From Flavobacteriales bacterium UBA3364 (GTDB lineage Bacteria; Bacteroidota; Bacteroidia; Flavobacteriales_F; PHOS-HE28): DNA of 64,000 bases. The stretch's first letter is position 1. The number at the start of each line of letters is the position of its first letter. The position numbers and the translations under genes are program-made. Below, piece by piece: positions 61,062 to 64,000 of this stretch. The notes under the pieces were generated by a model. The model saw only the letters and a list, made by a program, of their open reading frames with translations, was not told where the DNA came from and made no database searches. Location: contig DEQO01000066.1 of the NCBI GenBank assembly GCA_002360495.1, positions 10,563 to 74,562 on the forward strand, written 5' to 3'.

Positions 61062-62297
61062 ATGTCCATGCTGCTACGTTCGTTGATCCTCGTTCCGACC
61101 GTTTGCGCGCTCTACACGCAGGCCCAATGGACACAGGTCAATTCGGGCATCACCGACCTGGCCCAAGGTGCCACTGTGCTGGGAGCCACGAACGACCATT
61201 TGATCGCCAGGGCCGGATGGAACATGTACCGCAGTTCGAATGATGGCGATACGTGGTCGTCGATCCAGCCTCCCGTCGCCTTCAATAGCACCGAGTGCGG
61301 CTATTTCCGAGCGGGACGCTATTTCGCTGGAATGAGCGCGTCCGGCGATTGCATCTACTTCACGAACGACAATGGCGGCACATGGAACCCGGTGACCGGG
61401 GCACCGACAGCCACGGTCGTCAGGGGATTCCACGAGTTGGGCACCGGGCTGTACGCGTACACCTCCAACTTGGGCATCTACCGATCCTTGAACAACGGCG
61501 ATTCTTGGCAGGCCGTGAATGTGGGCCTCTCCAACCTCAACGTCTTCTCGATGGGCTCCAGCGGTACGCACCTGTTCGCTTGCACCATCGGTGATGGCGT
61601 CTTCGTTAGTACCGATGCCGGTGCGAGCTGGTCACCCTCCAATGCTGGGATCGCCAAGGGCGACCTGAACGGAGAGCATGTGTGGAGAATGGGAAACGAG
61701 ATGTACTACACGGCGCAGGGTGGTGGCAAATACCGGAGCACGGATCTCGGCGCCAACTGGTCGGTCTGGGCATGGCCTTCGTTGTTCGGCGTCGGTCTGC
61801 TCGAAGTGGAACGCTTCGGTGGCAACCTCTATATCGAAACACGCCACTTCACCGGTGCATATCGCGATAGCGTGTACACCTCGACGGATGAAGGTCAGGG
61901 CTGGACCAACATCACGGGGAACCTCGACGCGGCGGACCTCAATGGTTCTGGATTGGTCGAGTTGAACGGCTATCTCTTTCTCGGATACAACGTGATCTCC
62001 CCCGGGGAAGGCATCTATCGCCGCGGTATCGCAACGGGCATCGACGACCTCATCCCCGCAGCGGAACAGTTACCCGCTGTCTATCCGAACCCGGCGCATG
62101 ACCTGTTGACGCTACAGGCATCGTTGCAGCATGGTCCAATGAAGTACGCACTGGTGGACATTGCCGGGGCAGTAGTGCTGAACGGGTCGATGACAAGTGC
62201 CACGGAGGTCTGCGATGTCTCTGCCCTTGCGCCAGGTGCTTATTTGCTCCAGTGGAATGATGGAATGGTTCCGCCGGTCCGCATCATCAAGCAGTAA
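61062..62297 (+). CDS. BNR/sortilin-like beta-propeller T9SS cargo protein (paralogue 2)
   Basis: ATG 61062 within ORF 61014..62297. Colinear with 57761..58975 along its whole length (e.g. GEHVWRMGNEMYYTAQGG vs GEHVWQMGGNVHYSAQGG; WTNITGNLDAADL is identical). CTD is AVYPNPAHDLLTLQ...LLQWNDGMVPPVRIIKQ. Confidence 0.8.
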   Translation: MSMLLRSLILVPTVCALYTQAQWTQVNSGITDLAQGATVLGATNDHLIARAGWNMYRSSNDGDTWSSIQPPVAFNSTECGYFRAGRYFAGMSASGDCIYFTNDNGGTWNPVTGAPTATVVRGFHELGTGLYAYTSNLGIYRSLNNGDSWQAVNVGLSNLNVFSMGSSGTHLFACTIGDGVFVSTDAGASWSPSNAGIAKGDLNGEHVWRMGNEMYYTAQGGGKYRSTDLGANWSVWAWPSLFGVGLLEVERFGGNLYIETRHFTGAYRDSVYTSTDEGQGWTNITGNLDAADLNGSGLVELNGYLFLGYNVISPGEGIYRRGIATGIDDLIPAAEQLPAVYPNPAHDLLTLQASLQHGPMKYALVDIAGAVVLNGSMTSATEVCDVSALAPGAYLLQWNDGMVPPVRIIKQ

Positions 62298-62360
62298 CGG
62301 AAGGGGGTAGAGCGTCAGCGCTCCGCGCTTCTGCGCGTGTGCCTTGGCTATCTTCGACAC

Positions 62361-62549
62361 ATGGCCAAGAAACAAACCCTCGACTGGACCCTCGCCCCCG
62401 CCCCCGAGTCCACCGACTACGTCAAGATCAACGCCCAATACAAGCTCTTCATCAACGGCAAGTGGCAGAAACCCAATAGAGGACAACGGGCGGGGATCAT
62501 CAAGTGGACCGGCGCCATGATTCCCCCACTGGATGCCGACCACTGCTGA
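62361..62549 (+). pseudogene. aldehyde dehydrogenase 5' remnant, copy D (best preserved)
   Basis: MAKKQTLDWTLAPAPESTDYVKINAQYKLFINGKWQKP is intact for about 38 codons, then loses ALDH similarity and stops at 62549. No ALDH body follows. Confidence 0.8.
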
Positions 62550-62562
62550 TTGTCCTTGATCC

Positions 62563-64000
62563 ATGCGCCGGTCGCAGCTAACCCCATTCCTGCAATTTGT
62601 TCCGAGGTTCGGCCTTATGGCGCTGTTGTGGTCACTGATCTTCGATCTATCCGTCCTCGCCCAATACCCGGCCATTCCGCTGGATATCGACTCCCAGCGG
62701 GTAATGCTGAGGACCACGGAGAACGATACCGCACGCTGCCTTTTGCATATCAGTCTTTGCGTTGACCTGCGTTATTCCGATCCGGAAGAGGCGCTCGATC
62801 ATGGCTACAAGGCTATCGAAGCCTGCCGGGCCGTCCGTATTCCCCGGCTCCATTCGGTGGCACTAACGAACACGGGGGTCTGCCTGAAGAACGCGGGCAA
62901 ATACGCCGAAGGGCTCGACCTGTTCCAGCAGGCCTACCATCTACAGGATTCGCTGGGGCTGAAGGATAAGGTGCTGGGTACGCTGCGCAGCATGGGTAGC
63001 CTGCACTACATGCAGGGCAAGTATGACCGCGCCTTGGAAACGGCGCAGTTGGCCAGGAAGGTGTTGGACACGCTGGACCTGCCCGAGCACCGTGCCGGTG
63101 TGGACAACTCCTTCGGAGATGCGTACCGCGGGCTGGGCATCCTGGACTCCTCCATTCACTATTACACGGAGGGAATGAAGGAGGCCGAAGCCAATGGCCT
63201 CGCCTTGGAATACGGTGTGGCCGTGAACGGTCTTGGCTTGACCTACTTCGACCGCAAGGACTACCGCAATTCGGCACTTTACTACGAACGCTCATTGGAG
63301 TTGGCGCGCCAACTGGGTCGGCCGGATGCGGAAGCAGCCTCGTTGCTCAATGCGGGATCGGCCTATGGCATGTTGGGCGGGCATGCCAAGGGAGTGGACT
63401 ACCTCACCCGTGCATTGAAGATGGGCGAGGAACAGAAGGACCTCTACTTGCAATACGAGTGTTTGAAGTCCCTGGCGGAACTGGATGGCAGGGTGGGCGC
63501 GCACAAGAGCGGCTTTGAGCATCTCCAACGCATGCACTTCGTGGCCGATTCCATCAAAGCGATCGAGAACCGGAAGCTCACCGCCGAGTTCGAGGTGCGG
63601 TTCGATACCGAGCGGAAGGAGAAGGAGATCGAAGTGCTCGGGCTGGAGAAACATGTCCAGGCCGAAGCGCTCGACAAAGAGCGACTGCGCCGTAACGTGC
63701 TTATCGGAGGTCTGTTGGCCGTGCTTGTCTTCGCGGTCGTCGTCTTCCTCCAGCGCAACCGCATCCGAAAGGAGAAGCAGCGCAGCGAGGAGTTGCTCCT
63801 GAACATCCTGCCGGAGGAAACGGCCGAGGAACTCAAGGCGAAGGGTTCTGCCGAAGCCAAGCTCTTCGACGAGGTCACCGTGCTCTTCACCGACTTCAAG
63901 GACTTCACCCAGGTGGCCGAGACCATGACGCCACAGGCGCTCGTGGCCGAGATCCATCATTGCTTCAAGGCTTTCGATACCATCATGGAGAAGAACGGCA
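62563..64000 (+). CDS. TPR-repeat, single-TM class III adenylate/guanylate cyclase (3' end beyond window)
   Basis: Not in the ORF track because no stop is reached. Hand translation from ATG 62563 is open to 64000: TPR-like repeats (GKYAEGLDLFQQAY..., GKYDRALETAQLA..., YRNSALYYERSLELA...), a coiled coil, a TM (VLIGGLLAVLVFAVVVFL), then LLLNILPEETAEELKAKG...VTVLFTDFKDFT. The start could be ATG 62617. Confidence 0.85.
   Translation, partial: MRRSQLTPFLQFVPRFGLMALLWSLIFDLSVLAQYPAIPLDIDSQRVMLRTTENDTARCLLHISLCVDLRYSDPEEALDHGYKAIEACRAVRIPRLHSVALTNTGVCLKNAGKYAEGLDLFQQAYHLQDSLGLKDKVLGTLRSMGSLHYMQGKYDRALETAQLARKVLDTLDLPEHRAGVDNSFGDAYRGLGILDSSIHYYTEGMKEAEANGLALEYGVAVNGLGLTYFDRKDYRNSALYYERSLELARQLGRPDAEAASLLNAGSAYGMLGGHAKGVDYLTRALKMGEEQKDLYLQYECLKSLAELDGRVGAHKSGFEHLQRMHFVADSIKAIENRKLTAEFEVRFDTERKEKEIEVLGLEKHVQAEALDKERLRRNVLIGGLLAVLVFAVVVFLQRNRIRKEKQRSEELLLNILPEETAEELKAKGSAEAKLFDEVTVLFTDFKDFTQVAETMTPQALVAEIHHCFKAFDTIMEKNG

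Noticed and set aside
62337-62549. 70-aa ORF that could be annotated as a small gene
   Set aside because: Its first part is the ALDH N-terminus without any catalytic domain. It is better explained as remnant D of the array than as a stand-alone protein.
62563-62680. Weak similarity between the cyclase N-terminus and the propeller signal-peptide region (gttccga...gcgct, gcccaat)
   Set aside because: It consists of only a few short matches seen by eye, indistinguishable from chance without a scored alignment.

Overview
GC-rich chromosomal segment (composition judged by eye, not computed) of a Bacteroidota-type organism. This is supported by the T9SS translocon gene sprA, six proteins ending in T9SS C-terminal sorting domains, an alternative-complex-III (act) operon fused to cytochrome oxidase genes, and TAnnTTTG-type promoter boxes. 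About 85% of the window is ordinary housekeeping or respiratory content: NAD-type formate dehydrogenase (two subunits), rimP-nusA-infB, actABCDEF-ctaCD, ruvB, a CPA2 antiporter, queG, ruvA-sprA-gcvH-vanZ-deoC, plus a minus-strand cluster holding a T9SS-sorted pentahaem cytochrome. No rRNA, tRNA, CRISPR array, integrase or transposase was seen. There are two accessory patches. (i) The left edge (1-1.7 kb) is visibly less GC-rich and carries a translationally coupled pair: a YwgA/Panacea-like winged-helix protein and a proteasome-beta/HslV-like Thr peptidase. (ii) The right end (54.1-64 kb) holds accessory genes, mostly T9SS cargo, bracketed by scars of neighbouring housekeeping genes. One scar is a 102-nt second copy of the deoC 3' end whose six differences are all synonymous. 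The others are four direct, progressively decayed copies of the promoter-proximal 5' end of an aldehyde dehydrogenase gene, whose body is absent from the window. Each ALDH copy lies 0-14 nt upstream of a different gene, and two of them stop on the downstream start codon (ATGA). This recombinase-less, cassette-like array is the most unusual structure I can see and my best candidate for something undescribed; the Thr-peptidase pair is second. All homology statements come from reading the supplied translations, since no searches could be run.
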